A stretch of 64,000 nucleotides of DNA from Candidatus Woesearchaeota archaeon. GTDB taxonomy: Archaea; Nanobdellota; Nanobdellia; Woesearchaeales; JACPJR01. The notes under the pieces are model-generated. The model made no database searches, was not told the DNA's origin, and saw nothing but the letters and a program-made list of their open reading frames with translations. The stretch spans positions 68,596 to 132,595 of the forward strand of contig JACPJR010000010.1 in the NCBI GenBank assembly GCA_016187565.1, given 5' to 3'. A program made the position numbers and the translations under genes. Below, piece by piece: positions 36,862 to 46,018 of this stretch. Each line of letters begins with the position of its first letter. Within the stretch, counting starts at the first letter, position 1.

Positions 36862-36948
36862 TAGCCCCGCCCGGATTCGAACCAGGGTCACAAGGTCCAG
36901 AGCCTTGTATGATTGGCCTCCTTGATTTGGCCGCTACACTACGGGGCT
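36862..36948 (-). tRNA. tRNA (candidate tRNA-Gln, anticodon CUG) with an apparent ~14-nt non-canonical intron near the D-arm/anticodon-stem junction
   Basis: The minus strand reads AGCCCCG-TA-GTGT-AGCGGCCAA-ATCA-A-[GGAGGCCAATCATA]-CAAGG-CTCTGGA-CCTTG-TGAC-CCTGG-TTCGAAT-CCGGG-CGGGGCT-A. The A1:U72 acceptor stem is perfect, the T-loop is GTTCGAATC, and the 5-bp anticodon stem is perfect with U33 and purine-37. Removing the bracketed 14 nt gives a 73-nt canonical tRNA. The intron boundaries are my inference. Confidence 0.55.
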
Positions 36949-37111
36949 GTTCCTGAATCTTAAGGGTAGTTCATCTGCTTTTTAAAACTTTTTCTTATTT
37001 GATAGAAAGGTTTAAATAGAACGGCTCACTGTACAGTGTCAAATCTTAGCATAGAACTATGTATGAATTTATGTATGAATTGCCTATACGCGGGTAAGCG
37101 GGGGTTATATT

Positions 37112-37375
37112 ATGGCTGGAGATGAAAAAAAGTTTTCACGACAATTGTTGGGAAAAACAGTAGTCAGTAAAAGTGGAAAAAGGTTTGGCGAAGTTGGTGA
37201 TATTATCTTTGAAACACGCTCAGGAGAACTTATCCATCTTATTCTTTCAAATGCAACACCTTATACGGAAAAACTGGAACTTGAGAAAGACAGGGAAGGC
37301 CACATCCTTATCCCGTTCAGTGCAGTCATTGCCGTCGGTGATTTTCTCGTAGTTGCTGAGGAAGATATTATTTAG
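37112..37375 (+). CDS. PRC-barrel domain protein
   Basis: LLGKTVVSKSGKRFGEVGDIIFETRSGELIHLIL fits the PRC-barrel consensus. 87 aa. Confidence 0.55.
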   Translation: MAGDEKKFSRQLLGKTVVSKSGKRFGEVGDIIFETRSGELIHLILSNATPYTEKLELEKDREGHILIPFSAVIAVGDFLVVAEEDII

Positions 37376-37455
37376 CCACTCTCTCTTTTTGATGTTTTCC
37401 TTGGTGTTTTTGTGTAAACAAAACCTATATAAAGCATTCGCTATTTACCCTTTGT

Positions 37456-38436
37456 ATGGAATCTACCATCTGGACCGAGAAATATCGTCCAAGATTGTTT
37501 TCTCAGGTACGTGGACAAAAGGAAATCATTGCAAAGCTCGAAGCCTTTGTCAAACAGAAAAACTTGCCTCATTTGATGTTTGCTGGTAGTCCGGGTATTG
37601 GAAAAAGTACCTTAGCATTGGTTGTTGCACGCCAATTATTCGGTGAAACATGGCGGCAAAATTTCATTGAGTTGAATGCAAGTGACGAAAGAGGCATTGA
37701 TGTCATTCGAAGTAAGGTAAAGGATTTTGCACGTACTAAAGCGATGGGTGATGTTCCGTTTAAGATCATTTTTCTTGATGAATGTGATGCCTTGACCAGA
37801 GAGGCTCAGCAGGCATTGCGAAGAACCATGGAGAATTATACGACAACAACGCGTTTTATTCTTTCAGCAAACTATTCCAGTAAGATCATTGAACCCATCC
37901 AAAGCCGTTGTACGGTTTTTCGTTTTAAGCCTCTTGAAAAGAAAGAAATTTTTCACCTTATCGATCATATAGCAAAAGAGGAGCATCTCAAGATTGATGA
38001 GGCAACAAAAGAAGCGCTCTTTCTGGTTACTGAAGGAGATTGTCGACGAATGGAGAATATTTTGCAGAGCTGTGCTGCAGTTGCCCAACATATTACCGAA
38101 GAGATGATCTACTCATTAGCATCAGTGGCAAAGCCTAAAGAGCTCAAGCAAGTTCTTGATCTTGCCTTGGCCAACAAATTTATCGAGGCAAGGACAAAGC
38201 TTCTGGATGTGATGCTCAAGTACGGTTTGTCTGGTACTGATATCATTAAACAGATCCAACGTGAGGTCTGGAACTTGGCAATTGATGGTAGAACTATGGT
38301 TACGCTGATAGATAAGTGTGGCGATATTGAGTTTAGGATGACTGAGGGTTCTGACGAGTATGTACAGCTTGAGGCATTACTCGCTCATGTTGCCTTACTC
38401 GGTTCTGAAAATGCTGAGAAAGAAAAGGCAAAGTAA
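37456..38436 (+). CDS. rfcS: Replication factor C small subunit
   Basis: WTEKYRPRLFSQVRGQ is the RFC box II/III context. Walker A is GSPGIGKST, Walker B/DEAD-like is IIFLDECDAL, and SRC is sensor 1. Confidence 0.9.
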   Translation: MESTIWTEKYRPRLFSQVRGQKEIIAKLEAFVKQKNLPHLMFAGSPGIGKSTLALVVARQLFGETWRQNFIELNASDERGIDVIRSKVKDFARTKAMGDVPFKIIFLDECDALTREAQQALRRTMENYTTTTRFILSANYSSKIIEPIQSRCTVFRFKPLEKKEIFHLIDHIAKEEHLKIDEATKEALFLVTEGDCRRMENILQSCAAVAQHITEEMIYSLASVAKPKELKQVLDLALANKFIEARTKLLDVMLKYGLSGTDIIKQIQREVWNLAIDGRTMVTLIDKCGDIEFRMTEGSDEYVQLEALLAHVALLGSENAEKEKAK

Positions 38437-38705
38437 TGAAATTACCTGAAACTCCACCTCAACCTGGGGGAACATACTCTTTTCATTGGGATGCTTATCA
38501 TGATAAGGCACGTCCTGATGCCAATAGTTCGATGTCAGGAGTTGGTGATTTGAGTGTCCTTTGTGATCAAAGAGGACATCGATTTGTTTACGATCCTGTA
38601 AATGGATATGCACGTCTAACAGATTTGAAGGGAAAATCCTCTCTGGCTGACCACGAGAAACTAGAATTAACTCTTGATATAATCTGTCGGGAAGAACCTC
38701 ACTAG
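38436..38705 (+). CDS. Hypothetical small protein (start overlaps the rfcS stop, ATGA)
   Basis: An 89-aa ORF, translationally coupled to rfcS. No motif recognised. Confidence 0.35.
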   Translation: MKLPETPPQPGGTYSFHWDAYHDKARPDANSSMSGVGDLSVLCDQRGHRFVYDPVNGYARLTDLKGKSSLADHEKLELTLDIICREEPH

Positions 38706-38734
38706 TAAACGTAAAAAAAGAAATCACTGTTCTC

Positions 38735-39703
38735 TTAACTATCGATATGCTTAACCATTAATTCCTGGACAATGTGTTGATTATAGTCGTAGGTAAGCCC
38801 AATGTTGACCTGTTTTTCATAATCACCGAGATCATCTATCTCCTGATTGCAGGTAATTGAGCGCTCTCCGCTATATAATTGGAAGTCTCCTTCATAGCCA
38901 CTGCCAACTGCTCTTCCATTCCTGAGACCACTACATTTGAGGTCTCCGTCACTTAAGCCAGTATCTATGGTTACATGGATCCAATCTCGTTTGCTGTAGC
39001 TTTCATCACAGGAGCTGCCAGTTTGATGGGGAGATCCTTCTCCTGCATGGGTAACGGTAAATATAAAACTCACTTTATTCTTGCTTGCTACATTTTCTCT
39101 AAACGCACTGACCTTTACCGGAGCACCAGAACTTTCTGCGATCTTTTCTTCGTTTGGATTACAGAATGCAGCAGCCTTTGTCGTTCCTAAAAGATCCTCA
39201 AGCACACAGATCTTTGAGTTTGCAAAAGTACCATAACTGTAGCATGCATCTGCTTTGATATTGAAGGTAACCTGGCCGCTGACATTTCCCTGATACTGGA
39301 GGTCGTCAAAGTTAAAATTAAGAATACTTCCTGGAATAATATTGCCTTCAACATCTTTATGTCTGCCACGCATATCCTCTTCGCTGCTTGTATTTAAGTC
39401 ATCCTGAGTTTTTCCAAAATCGCTTGGATCTATGCCGGTAATTTGTATGTTCACTTTTTCGATAGGAACGTCAAATTCACCCATATTCTCAACACGGAGA
39501 TTAATACCAAACGGGAAATCGTGATCAAAAACCTCTTGTGGAGGAGCTCCTTCAAGGAAATTCATATCAAGACCTTCACTGCCTCCGATAAATGAGCCCA
39601 ATACCTGGTTATTATTATCCTCTTGGGTGGTACATCCAACAAGTAAAATAAGAAGACTCAACAATGCAATAATGATAGATCTGGATACCATTCTCGATAC
39701 CAT
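38735..39703 (-). CDS. Secreted lipoprotein-like protein, paralogue family A (1 of 3)
   Basis: An N-terminal signal with an LVGC lipobox-like motif. It shares CNPNEEKIAESSGAPVKVSAF and a tail LTYDYNQHI with the two upstream paralogues. Confidence 0.55.
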   Translation of the reverse strand: MVSRMVSRSIIIALLSLLILLVGCTTQEDNNNQVLGSFIGGSEGLDMNFLEGAPPQEVFDHDFPFGINLRVENMGEFDVPIEKVNIQITGIDPSDFGKTQDDLNTSSEEDMRGRHKDVEGNIIPGSILNFNFDDLQYQGNVSGQVTFNIKADACYSYGTFANSKICVLEDLLGTTKAAAFCNPNEEKIAESSGAPVKVSAFRENVASKNKVSFIFTVTHAGEGSPHQTGSSCDESYSKRDWIHVTIDTGLSDGDLKCSGLRNGRAVGSGYEGDFQLYSGERSITCNQEIDDLGDYEKQVNIGLTYDYNQHIVQELMVKHIDS

Positions 39704-39770
39704 GGTAAAAATCCTCCTCTTTTGTTCTCAAGAGATGGGGTGTTGCCTCTATATAAATCTTTTGCTTTAC

Positions 39771-40784
39771 TTAACTCATCCGGGTTAACTCAGTGTTGAT
39801 AATGCGGATATCTTTTTTGATAGAGTCCATATACCCATATTCTAGGCGAACATTCAGCGCAGTGGTGAAGGCAGCAGTATTACCTTCACCCAAATAAAAT
39901 TTACAGTAAATGATACCTTCGCCATCGACGAGCGTGAGCGGAGAAGCCGGTTGGCAGGGACTCATAGGCGTTATTAGCGTACCAAGTCTTATATCATCAT
40001 AATAATAATGGACTTTATCCAATCCTTGGTACTTGAGCTCAAAGGGGCATGTTCCTGTAATCGGTGAAACACCACTCGATCTCCGTACACTGCCCACGTC
40101 AACAACTCGGCCGGTACCTACATTTTTAATTTTGATCTTTACTAACGTTGAACCTTGAAATGAGTCAACAGAAATACCGGTTACTGCAACCGGAGCTCCT
40201 TGGCCTCCAGTGGTTGCAACATCCTTAACCTTACATGCCTCATTCTCCATGATCTTTGTTGGATCCGGATCAACACAGAGCGAAATACTGGCATCCGTAG
40301 CATATTTGTAGCATGCAGTTGCCACAATTGTTGGTTTGTATTCGTCAATTTTTCCAAGGACCATACCCCCCGTGGTGTAAAATTTATCGCAAATACTGTA
40401 TCCGCCTTCAGGATTGAATAGGCTCTTTCCTTCGAGTTGCCCATTATTGAGACAACTAAAGATATCGCTACTTGTCGTGAACAGAGGAATGAGTATGGGA
40501 TCAAATCCCGAGAGATAAAGAATGCCATCATCAGGAGTTCGAATAGGTTCAGTCCCTTTATTTCGCACTTCAATCATGAATTGGAGATCTTGATCACTAA
40601 AGATGTTAGCAGGTGGATTGTCCTTCACGAATCGTAAGTCCAGTCCGACACTGCCGGTATGCACATCATACGTACGCTTATCATCCTCGTTTCCTTTGCG
40701 CTTAAAGGCAGTACATCCGGTAAGACTAATAATCATAATGATCAGGAGAAGATACATGAACATCACTCTTTTTTTCTTATTCAT
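39771..40784 (-). CDS. Secreted lipoprotein-like protein, paralogue family A (2 of 3)
   Basis: Signal ...SLTGC. The conserved block is ACKVKDVATTGGQGAPVAVTGISV. The C-terminus reads LEYGYMDSIKKDIRI. Confidence 0.55.
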   Translation of the reverse strand: MNKKKRVMFMYLLLIIMIISLTGCTAFKRKGNEDDKRTYDVHTGSVGLDLRFVKDNPPANIFSDQDLQFMIEVRNKGTEPIRTPDDGILYLSGFDPILIPLFTTSSDIFSCLNNGQLEGKSLFNPEGGYSICDKFYTTGGMVLGKIDEYKPTIVATACYKYATDASISLCVDPDPTKIMENEACKVKDVATTGGQGAPVAVTGISVDSFQGSTLVKIKIKNVGTGRVVDVGSVRRSSGVSPITGTCPFELKYQGLDKVHYYYDDIRLGTLITPMSPCQPASPLTLVDGEGIIYCKFYLGEGNTAAFTTALNVRLEYGYMDSIKKDIRIINTELTRMS

Positions 40785-41079
40785 GGCCGTGCCTTTTTTT
40801 GCTTTTTGGTTATTTGCTGTCTTTAAGACGGTTATGAGTATATAAGGATTTCGATTCGTGATGTGGTTTGCCAGTCCATAAAGAAACCAGAATCCATTTT
40901 ATTTTTTATTAGTAGACATTACTTTAAGTTTACTTTAACTTACTTTTTTGACTTAAATGAGCTAGTGAAGTTTAAGTATGTTCGAAAAATAGGCTCGTAT
41001 AGGGGAGCGTATTACATGATGGAGGAGAAGAAGTAAACTACGAATCTCCAGAAAATAAAACAAGCTGAGATTCTGTACG

Positions 41080-42405
41080 TTAGGATGAGGGCTCGCAGCA
41101 GATAATGTTTGCTGGGCCAGGACAGAGTCCGGTAAAGAATGGTGGGCTACAGGTACTCTCATCGATACATTGATAACTACTCCCTTTTTGCTCTTCACAC
41201 AAACTCTTTTCCTTGCTGCAACAAACTTCATCAGTAGTTGGGCAGGTCTTTCCCGTAATTTCTGTGCCATACGCCTTTGCACACACGTTAATATCTTTTT
41301 TTTGACAGTATCCGTCAGGAGGCTGGCAAGTCGTACCACTTTCAGGAGGGTTTTCATCAGGGTTTTGCTCTGGAGGTTGATCTGGGATCCATGTTGGTTT
41401 ATGTTTTGCTTTTATTGTTAGCTCTATCTCTTCAGAAACATACCCGTAGGAGAGTGTTATGGAAAGTGGCGTGACAAAACTTCCCTGATCCTTACGGATG
41501 GTCTTGGTACAGTAGGCCTTGGAGGTTGTCGGATCATCATAGGATTGAATGATGTTTGTGCAGTCGATAATCTCGCCAGAAAGCTCTATGGTTGCCTGTA
41601 CCTTGTCAAGCCCAGTTCTCGGAGCAATCGTCGTACAGGCGCTCGCGTACTGGTCAATACCGGTTACGAGGCCCTTACCTTCATTCTTAAAGTGAACGAC
41701 GAATTGTGCCTCAAACTCATTAGGATTTCCTGTGCTTACGATGGTTTCTTCAACCTTAGTTACGGCCACCGGTGCGCCCTGCCCTCCAGAGATAGCAACA
41801 TCCTTGACTTGGCATGTTGCCTTATCCTTGTTGGCATAGTCATACATAAATGGATCGATGCAAACCTCCACACTTCCTTGCGTGGTGTATGGATAACAGA
41901 CCTTTGCCTTGAAGAGAAAATCCTTCTCGACATCAGTCGGAATGCCTGTATTTCGAACGTCAAAAATTTCAAGCTGATAGCCCTCGGTCTGACTAAAGCG
42001 ATCCTTGCCTTTAACATTGATTATGGTGTTTTTCATGGTTTGTTGTTGGACAATTTCCATGTAATCAGAGAAACGCATAAGGGCAATAGAGCCATTGGTT
42101 ACCTCGGTGTAGCCTCTGTTGCTAATCTCAATACCTATCTGAAAAGGAGTAGGCTCTTCTGGCGTTCCTGCCCATATTTCTCTGGGAGTGATCTCATCCA
42201 GAAATGTGATGACTAAACCATCCCTTCCTGTCTTTTGCTCGAGTACTCTAATACTCGTATCGCCTTGGTTATCACGCTTTAGCCGCTGACAGCCAACAAC
42301 GAGGAGGACTATGAAAACTACGGTGAGGAGTAACAACATCTGAACTCTTCTTTTTTTCTTCATTCCTGACGACGTCTTCATGATGGTTATACGTTTATTA
42401 TCCAA
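41080..42405 (-). CDS. Secreted lipoprotein-like protein, paralogue family A (3 of 3) with extra C-terminal Cys-rich module
   Basis: Signal ...LLVVGC. The conserved block is CQVKDVAISGGQGAPVAVTKV. LSYGYVSEEIELTI is followed by a ~90-aa region with 16 Cys. Confidence 0.55.
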   Translation of the reverse strand: MDNKRITIMKTSSGMKKKRRVQMLLLLTVVFIVLLVVGCQRLKRDNQGDTSIRVLEQKTGRDGLVITFLDEITPREIWAGTPEEPTPFQIGIEISNRGYTEVTNGSIALMRFSDYMEIVQQQTMKNTIINVKGKDRFSQTEGYQLEIFDVRNTGIPTDVEKDFLFKAKVCYPYTTQGSVEVCIDPFMYDYANKDKATCQVKDVAISGGQGAPVAVTKVEETIVSTGNPNEFEAQFVVHFKNEGKGLVTGIDQYASACTTIAPRTGLDKVQATIELSGEIIDCTNIIQSYDDPTTSKAYCTKTIRKDQGSFVTPLSITLSYGYVSEEIELTIKAKHKPTWIPDQPPEQNPDENPPESGTTCQPPDGYCQKKDINVCAKAYGTEITGKTCPTTDEVCCSKEKSLCEEQKGSSYQCIDESTCSPPFFTGLCPGPANIICCEPSS

Positions 42406-42411
42406 ACCAGA

Positions 42412-45400
42412 TTAGCTAAAGCTTGGCATTTCTTTGGTGCTGAAGTCTTCATAATAATACATGACGCGTGCAACATGGGTACCTACTTCCTTTACTTTAT
42501 TCTTACGCATGGAATCATCCCATGCTTTTGTTTTACCACTAGAGGTAGTGAAGGTTCCGCTATAGCCAGGAAACTGAAGCAAAAATTCTGGTGTAATCTC
42601 ATGGTAGACTCGATCCCAGGTCGGATCTGCTTCACGTGTTTCAAGAATTGCCGTGGTAATAACTTTTTCACCAATATTGTAGGCAGCTACTGCAAATTTA
42701 TCCTGGTCTTTGTAGCCTACGTAACTCTTTCGCAATTTTGCAAGATAATTAACGGTTGCCTGGATGCTTCGATGGGGTACTGCTCGATTGTCTCGTCCCT
42801 TGACAAGCTCACATTGCTCATCGCAAGGCTCGCATGCTCCTCCACAACCCCTACTACTATCGTCACTCCTTGCACAGAGAAGATACGGTGCTTTTTGATA
42901 TTCACATGCAGTACTATAACAGAACTGTCCTAAGCCATAACAGCCTGTTGGCGAGCCTGCTTTGTAATTAAAGGCGGATTCCTGCGCAATTAGCCCAGCG
43001 ACTAAATCAGCACCTTTTTTTTCACTGGCATAACTTCCATCTTGAGAGACATAATCAAGGATGAGGTCGTAGTACACTCTATTGTCAGCAGTAGGATCTT
43101 GCGTTGTTATTGCTCGTTCCCACATACTCCCAGAGGCTGGAATGCCAATGGTTGCTTTTTCGGTGTCATAGAGCTCGGCATCAGGAACATCATGGGCAAC
43201 AATACTGGCAGAGGATTCTACTTCATAATCATAGCTAAGCGAAACATCAATAATTTCGCTGTTTAAATTATTCTGGTTTGCTAAAGCAGGTTGTCCTTGG
43301 ACTTCCAGCGTACAGTAATCTAATGATTTCTGTTTCCCGTATGCTATCTCTTCGAGACTTTTCTGGCTATACCGTTGCAATGATTCTTTCTTCATAGGGT
43401 AGGTGCATGTTTTTTGTTGGCAGATTTTGCTTGCTGGATCTAAGAGCTGGCAGTTTGTCGCTGGTACAAGCCATGATGGGATGGTAACACTGCCTGAGGT
43501 AAGGGCAAGAAGCTTTCCATTCGGAACCATATTCTCCACAGCAATCTTGAGCTTTACCAAGGTACTGTTTTTTACACCAACGACTACCCGTGGATCAGGA
43601 ACAACAATGAGCTTGATAAAGCCAGGATCTGATTTTGATTCTACCTTTCCTTTTTTGTAATCATTTTCAATAACTCCGGGAAATAATTGTTGGTATTTGT
43701 AAACCTCAGCAGCAACAAGATCCTCTTCTGTTTGATGCCGGGTAATACGTTTGTTGTACTCTTCTTCAGCGGTATTAAATTCAGGATCAGTTGTAAAACG
43801 TGTTTTCCACTCATCCAAGGCAGTTTGCTCAATAAAATAAAGCACGTATTTACTCTCCACCTTGAGTTGTCCGTCAGTCATGCGTGCATTGAAGGTAAGT
43901 TTATTAGCCCCATTTTCGAGACCAAGAGTTTGTTTCGGAAAGGTACAAATAACTACGGTGTTCTCCTTAGTTGCTGGTGGATTAGTGAATCCTTTTGGTA
44001 CGGAGACCTGCCATTCGGTGGGGTCGGCAAAAGGAGTATTTTCAGTATAGATATCCTCAACCTTACAACCAAAGCTGAAGAGCACATCTTGCGTAACGCT
44101 CACGACCGGATGGAAATCAACAAACACCGGATCTCCCTGGTAGACATCTATCGAGTAGCGAGGTGCAATAATGTCGACGGTAACTGCTTCTTCTTTTGTG
44201 GTGTCAATACCTCCGCTCAGTAACGGCTCTTGGCTTTTATTTTCCTTAGGCGGTTTGCCAAAGTTTTCGCATGCAGTGGCGTCTGCAGAAAAAAGTCCGC
44301 CAATACAGGAAACAGTGCTGCTCCAGAACAAACCAAGCTGGCTCTTGCTTACGGTTCCTTGGGCAATGAGCTGTTGTTGTTCATCAGGAAGATCAACATT
44401 TCCCATCCAGCCTTGGAATGCGCCTTGGAATCCCGGAGTAAAGAGCAAGAACACGACATAAGCAAACATATAGGTCGCCCAGATTTTTGTGGAGGGATTT
44501 TCCTTGTCCTTGAGCACCGTATCCCGGTAGAGGGCATCTATGATGATGTACCATGCCCAGAGCCAGGGGAATGCATAAATGGGTGCAATGAATATATTGG
44601 CTTCAATGCCCTTGACAAGGTTACTCAAGAGGCTTTGAATGTAAAACGTTGATAAGAGAAATCCCACAATGATAAAGGGTATTGATTTGAAGTCTCGTTG
44701 GTAGAAATAAAAAAACAAAAGCAAGGCAAAGATGAGATTGATCACCGGGCTGTATAGAAAAATAGTTACGTTTAGAAGATGAACCACCAGTGCTATGACC
44801 ACAAATAACCCAAAGGAACGAACAGCCCCGGTAATACCACTCTTCGCCAATCCAAAGCCACCTTTAATCCCTCCCCATGCTGTTTTTCCCCTTCCCTTCC
44901 AATTTTCTTTTTTTTCGGTTTTTTCCTTGTTCTCTTCATCACTTCTTTCTTCGTCCTTTTTTTTGATTTCGTCTTCAACATGCTGTTGTCTTGTGAGAAG
45001 CTCAATTTCCTTGAGTTTATCTTCTGGATTCGTTGAATTTCGTAATGCTTCTCGCTGTTCTTGAATCAAGGCAAGTTGCTGTTGTAATAGGCTCTTTTCT
45101 TGCTCTTCCTCTTGTTTATTTCTTTGGAACGCATCTTTAATCATACTACCCATACCAGCAAATGCCATTCTTTTATCACTGAAACTGCTTTCTGCAGATG
45201 CAGCGGTTTTAAGGAGATGGCCAAAGGCTTGTATCGAGAGATGCTTTTGTCGCGCATATTCTACCTTCTCCTGAGCATAGGCTCTCGATCTTTCTGCTAC
45301 TGCTCGGGCAGCGAATTTTCCTGTAGCATAGGCAGCCTTTCCCACATCTCGCGCACCATAATAACCCATGCCGGTTTCATGCATTCGCTGGGCTGCAGCA

Positions 45401-45906
45401 ACATCCCCTCCAAGGTGAGTCGCAAGCCTTCGCTGAATCTCAAGACCGTTTTTTATCTGTTTTGCTTTCCACTGTTTATACTCTTCAAGAATTTGGCCGA
45501 GAACACGCTGAAGTTCCTCATGACTCGTTTCTTCAGGAAGTGCGTTTTCAACTGCTCTGACGATCTCCCGTACATCAGCTTCAGGGATTTGGTGATCTGT
45601 GGTAATGACTTCGGAAAGCCCGACGATCAGCTCGCTTTTATTGACGGTAACTTTGCTTGATGGTGGAGACTCTTGCGCCCTCGCCTCTGCTGCCATTGCT
45701 CTTGCTATTCCTCGGGAATCTTCGGCAGAAAGAGTTCCTCCCTGTGCAGCTCTTCTGAGATCTGCATCAAATGCCGCATGGTCGTCTAACTTTGCTCGTG
45801 CCCTTGCGGTGAGTTCTGTAGTGTTATCATCACCTAAAACCCTTCTCTTGGTAACAACGTTGGGGTCATCCATCGTACGCTCTTTTTTCTTAGAGTTATG
45901 CTGCAC
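42412..45906 (-). CDS. Giant (1164 aa) membrane protein: N-terminal cytoplasmic coiled-coil/charged region, multi-TM segment, large extracytoplasmic region ending in a lytic-transglycosylase (SLT/lysozyme-like) domain
   Basis: The C-terminus LVAGLIAQESAFNYKAGSPTGCYGLGQF matches the SLT E-S-x-F-N...A-x-S...G-x-x-G-L-x-Q catalytic motif. The central segment has about 6 TM helices. The N-terminal 330 aa is rich in A/E/K/R and locally GC-rich. Confidence 0.6.
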   Translation of the reverse strand: MQHNSKKKERTMDDPNVVTKRRVLGDDNTTELTARARAKLDDHAAFDADLRRAAQGGTLSAEDSRGIARAMAAEARAQESPPSSKVTVNKSELIVGLSEVITTDHQIPEADVREIVRAVENALPEETSHEELQRVLGQILEEYKQWKAKQIKNGLEIQRRLATHLGGDVAAAQRMHETGMGYYGARDVGKAAYATGKFAARAVAERSRAYAQEKVEYARQKHLSIQAFGHLLKTAASAESSFSDKRMAFAGMGSMIKDAFQRNKQEEEQEKSLLQQQLALIQEQREALRNSTNPEDKLKEIELLTRQQHVEDEIKKKDEERSDEENKEKTEKKENWKGRGKTAWGGIKGGFGLAKSGITGAVRSFGLFVVIALVVHLLNVTIFLYSPVINLIFALLLFFYFYQRDFKSIPFIIVGFLLSTFYIQSLLSNLVKGIEANIFIAPIYAFPWLWAWYIIIDALYRDTVLKDKENPSTKIWATYMFAYVVFLLFTPGFQGAFQGWMGNVDLPDEQQQLIAQGTVSKSQLGLFWSSTVSCIGGLFSADATACENFGKPPKENKSQEPLLSGGIDTTKEEAVTVDIIAPRYSIDVYQGDPVFVDFHPVVSVTQDVLFSFGCKVEDIYTENTPFADPTEWQVSVPKGFTNPPATKENTVVICTFPKQTLGLENGANKLTFNARMTDGQLKVESKYVLYFIEQTALDEWKTRFTTDPEFNTAEEEYNKRITRHQTEEDLVAAEVYKYQQLFPGVIENDYKKGKVESKSDPGFIKLIVVPDPRVVVGVKNSTLVKLKIAVENMVPNGKLLALTSGSVTIPSWLVPATNCQLLDPASKICQQKTCTYPMKKESLQRYSQKSLEEIAYGKQKSLDYCTLEVQGQPALANQNNLNSEIIDVSLSYDYEVESSASIVAHDVPDAELYDTEKATIGIPASGSMWERAITTQDPTADNRVYYDLILDYVSQDGSYASEKKGADLVAGLIAQESAFNYKAGSPTGCYGLGQFCYSTACEYQKAPYLLCARSDDSSRGCGGACEPCDEQCELVKGRDNRAVPHRSIQATVNYLAKLRKSYVGYKDQDKFAVAAYNIGEKVITTAILETREADPTWDRVYHEITPEFLLQFPGYSGTFTTSSGKTKAWDDSMRKNKVKEVGTHVARVMYYYEDFSTKEMPSFS

Positions 45907-46018
45907 AAAAGTTTATAAATTTATGCATCTCATGGAGGAAGTATAATGCACGAAAGTATGGATTTTTGTGCATTATGGTATTTGGTGTGATATTTCACGT
46001 ATACAAACCGTTGAGAAT

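Noticed and set aside
37061-37083. Short tandem duplication (atgtatgaatt x2) upstream of the PRC-barrel gene
   Set aside because: Only two copies of 11 bp are present. It is probably a trivial slippage duplication, though it could overlap the promoter.
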